Below are positions 1 to 628 of a stretch of DNA of 628 nt, one piece after another. The notes under the pieces are model-generated. The model was given only the letters and a program-made list of their open reading frames with translations. It was not told the DNA's origin and made no database searches. Position 1 is the stretch's first letter, and every line of letters starts with the position of its first letter. Origin of the DNA: a phage; sequence record DQ006815.1; one strand, 5' to 3'. The position numbers and the translations under genes were made by a program.

Positions 1-24
1 ATTTAACTGAGTATAAGAGGACAT
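1..24 (+). other. Partial 5' untranslated leader of an ssRNA phage genome (cDNA sense), upstream of the A2 start
   Basis: An in-frame TAA at 4-6 closes the A2 frame upstream, and the first downstream ATG is at 25-27. The stretch gagtataagaggacatatg matches my recollection of the Qbeta 5' leader immediately before A2. The window appears to begin a few tens of nt inside the genome, so the terminal 5' hairpin is not present. Confidence 0.75.
15..21 (+). promoter_or_regulatory. Shine-Dalgarno / ribosome-binding site for A2 (AAGAGGA)
   Basis: Purine-rich AAGAGGA at 15-21 with a GAGG core at 17-20, 4 nt upstream of the ATG at 25-27. The spacing is slightly short but workable for E. coli initiation. 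Confidence 0.7.
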
Positions 25-628
25 ATGCCTAAATTACCACGTGGTCTGCGTTTCGGAGCCGATAATGAAATTCTTAATGATTTTCAAGAGCTCTGGTTTC
101 CAGATCTCTTTATCGAATCTTCCGACACGCATCCGTGGTACACACTGAGAGGTCGTGTGTTGAACGCTCACATGGATGACTACTTACCTAATGTAAGTGG
201 TCGCCAGGTAAGGCGCACTCCACATCGTGTTACTGTTCCGATTGCCTCTTCAGGCCTTCGTCCAGTGACAACCGTTCAGTATGATCCCGCAGCACTATCG
301 TTCTTGTTGAACGCTCGTGTTGATTGGGATTTCGGTAATGGCGACAGTGCGGACCTTGTCATTAAAGACTTTGTGTTCCGCACCTTTGCACCTAAGGATT
401 TCGATTTCTCGAATTCCTTAGCTCCTCGTTATACCCAGGCCTTCTCCGCCTTTAATGCCAAATATGGCGTTATGATCGGTGAAGGGCTCGAGACTATAAA
501 ATATCTCGGGCTTTTACTGCGCAGACTGCGTGAGGGTTACCGTGCTGTTAAGCGCGGCGATTTACGTGCTCTTCGCAGGGTTATCCAGTCTTACCATAAA
601 GGTAAGTGGAAACCGGCTACTGCTGGTA
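25..628 (+). CDS. A2: Maturation (A2) protein of a Qbeta-like ssRNA phage, N-terminal 201 codons; 3'-partial, ORF continues beyond the window
   Basis: ATG at 25-27 follows an in-frame stop at 4-6 and an SD. The frame is open for 201 codons (25-627, plus 1 nt of the next codon) with no stop, whereas the other two + frames are stop-dense (for example frame +2 stops at 8-10, 14-16, 146-148, 161-163, 194-196). Translation: MPKLPRGLRFGADNEILNDFQELWFPDLFIESSDTHPWYTLRGRVLNAHMDDYLPNVSGRQVRRTPHRVTVPIASSGLRPVTTVQYDPAALSFLLNARVDWDFGNGDSADLVIKDFVFRTFAPKDFDFSNSLAPRYTQAFSAFNAKYGVMIGEGLETIKYLGLLLRRLREGYRAVKRGDLRALRRVIQSYHKGKWKPATAG. I recognise the N-terminal sequence as Qbeta A2 from memory; this is not alignment-verified. 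Confidence 0.92.
   Translation, partial: MPKLPRGLRFGADNEILNDFQELWFPDLFIESSDTHPWYTLRGRVLNAHMDDYLPNVSGRQVRRTPHRVTVPIASSGLRPVTTVQYDPAALSFLLNARVDWDFGNGDSADLVIKDFVFRTFAPKDFDFSNSLAPRYTQAFSAFNAKYGVMIGEGLETIKYLGLLLRRLREGYRAVKRGDLRALRRVIQSYHKGKWKPATAG
140..160 (+). other. Predicted RNA stem-loop (ACACAC / GUGUGU 6-bp stem, 9-nt loop)
   Basis: Manual pairing: a140-t160, c141-g159, a142-t158, c143-g157, a144-t156, c145-g155; loop 146-154 (tgagaggtc). An alternative extension pairs g147-c154 and a148-t153 with t146 bulged. Not checked with a folding program. Confidence 0.3.
158..169 (+). repeat. Copy 1 of a 12-nt exact direct repeat TGTTGAACGCTC (encodes ..V-L-N-A..)
   Basis: Exact 12-mer tgttgaacgctc at 158-169, identical to 305-316. 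Both copies sit in the same codon phase, 147 nt (49 codons) apart. Confidence 0.9.
305..316 (+). repeat. Copy 2 of the 12-nt exact direct repeat TGTTGAACGCTC (encodes ..L-L-N-A..)
   Basis: Exact 12-mer tgttgaacgctc at 305-316, identical to 158-169. Flanking bases differ (157 g vs 304 t; 170 a vs 317 g), so the identity is exactly 12 nt. Confidence 0.9.
392..421 (+). other. Predicted RNA stem-loop (12 bp with one U-U mismatch, 4-nt loop UUUC)
   Basis: Manual pairing: 392-404 (ctaaggatttcga) against 409-421 (tcgaattccttag). Pairs are c392-g421, t393-a420, a394-t419, a395-t418, g396-c417, g397-c416, a398-t415, t399/t414 mismatch, t400-a413, t401-a412, c402-g411, g403-c410, a404-t409; loop 405-408. 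Not checked with a folding program. Confidence 0.4.
397..408 (+). repeat. Perfect tandem hexamer repeat GATTTC x2, in codon register (encodes D-F-D-F, aa 125-128)
   Basis: Direct read: gatttc at 397-402 and again at 403-408. It lies inside the predicted hairpin at 392-421. Confidence 0.9.

Noticed and set aside
37-44. Short palindromes CCACGTGG (37-44) and CTGCGCAG (517-524) as possible protein-binding operators.
   Set aside because: The genome is single-stranded RNA, so dsDNA operator logic does not apply. Palindromes of 8 nt are common by chance and here follow from codon choice.
22-541. A run of common 6- and 7-bp restriction sites (NdeI CATATG 22-27 overlapping the start codon, PmlI 38-43, SacI 88-93, BglII 102-107, EcoRI 411-416, XhoI 487-492, BstEII 535-541), which might suggest an engineered or synthetic construct.
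   Set aside because: About 10 palindromic hexamers are expected by chance in 628 nt, so this count is unremarkable. The CATATG at the start codon matches what I recall of the natural Qbeta sequence. There is no vector sequence or other sign of engineering in the window.
193-609. 8-nt direct repeat GTAAGTGG at 193-200 and 602-609, which also resembles a eukaryotic 5' splice donor (GTAAGT).
   Set aside because: A few 8-mer repeats are expected by chance in a window this size (roughly 3 by my estimate). Splice signals are irrelevant in an RNA coliphage.
93-616. Long-range complementarity of 93-102 (ctggtttcca) with 607-616 (tggaaaccgg): 10 bp including one G-U.
   Set aside because: Helices of this length between arbitrary positions are expected by chance in 628 nt, and no functional site is involved. 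It is not distinguishable from background without covariation data.
1-628. Overlapping or alternative ORFs in + frames 2 and 3, for example a separate lysis gene as in MS2-type phages.
   Set aside because: Both alternative + frames are interrupted by frequent stops (frame +2 at 8-10, 14-16, 146-148, 161-163, 194-196; frame +3 at 30-32, 63-65, 66-68 and onward). Nothing longer than about 40 codons was seen. Qbeta-type phages use A2 itself for lysis.
1-628. Coding potential on the reverse strand.
   Set aside because: Reverse-strand stops (seen as tta/cta/tca on the + strand) recur frequently in all three phases; in the phase aligned with A2 codons they fall at 34-36, 184-186, 250-252, 295-297, 418-420, 514-516 and 562-564, leaving no ORF longer than about 50 codons. 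The minus strand of an ssRNA phage is also not an mRNA. The other two reverse phases were only sampled, not scanned in full.
1-628. tRNA, rRNA, CRISPR repeats, insertion-sequence ends or other mobile-element signatures.
   Set aside because: No repeat-spacer periodicity, no terminal inverted repeats, and no cloverleaf-like arrangement were seen. The single open frame accounts for essentially the whole window.

Overview
This 628-nt window reads as the 5' region of a Qbeta-like single-stranded RNA coliphage genome (Allolevivirus/Qubevirus group), written as cDNA in genome sense. It holds about 24 nt of 5' untranslated leader with a Shine-Dalgarno element, then an ATG at 25-27 opening an uninterrupted frame of 201 codons that runs off the 3' end of the window. 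The translation begins MPKLPRGLRFGADNEILNDFQELWFPDLFIESSDTHPWYTLRGRVLNAH..., which I recognise from memory as the N-terminus of the Qbeta A2 maturation/lysis protein; I could not confirm this by alignment. I see no second gene, RNA gene, mobile element or CRISPR array, and no evidence of a previously undescribed system: this is a well-characterised phage gene. The items worth a second look are RNA-level: a long-range complementarity that would sequester the A2 Shine-Dalgarno, a strong local hairpin at 392-421, a 12-nt in-frame direct repeat, and an arginine/lysine-rich protein segment. All structural proposals come from manual base-pairing by eye, not from a folding program.
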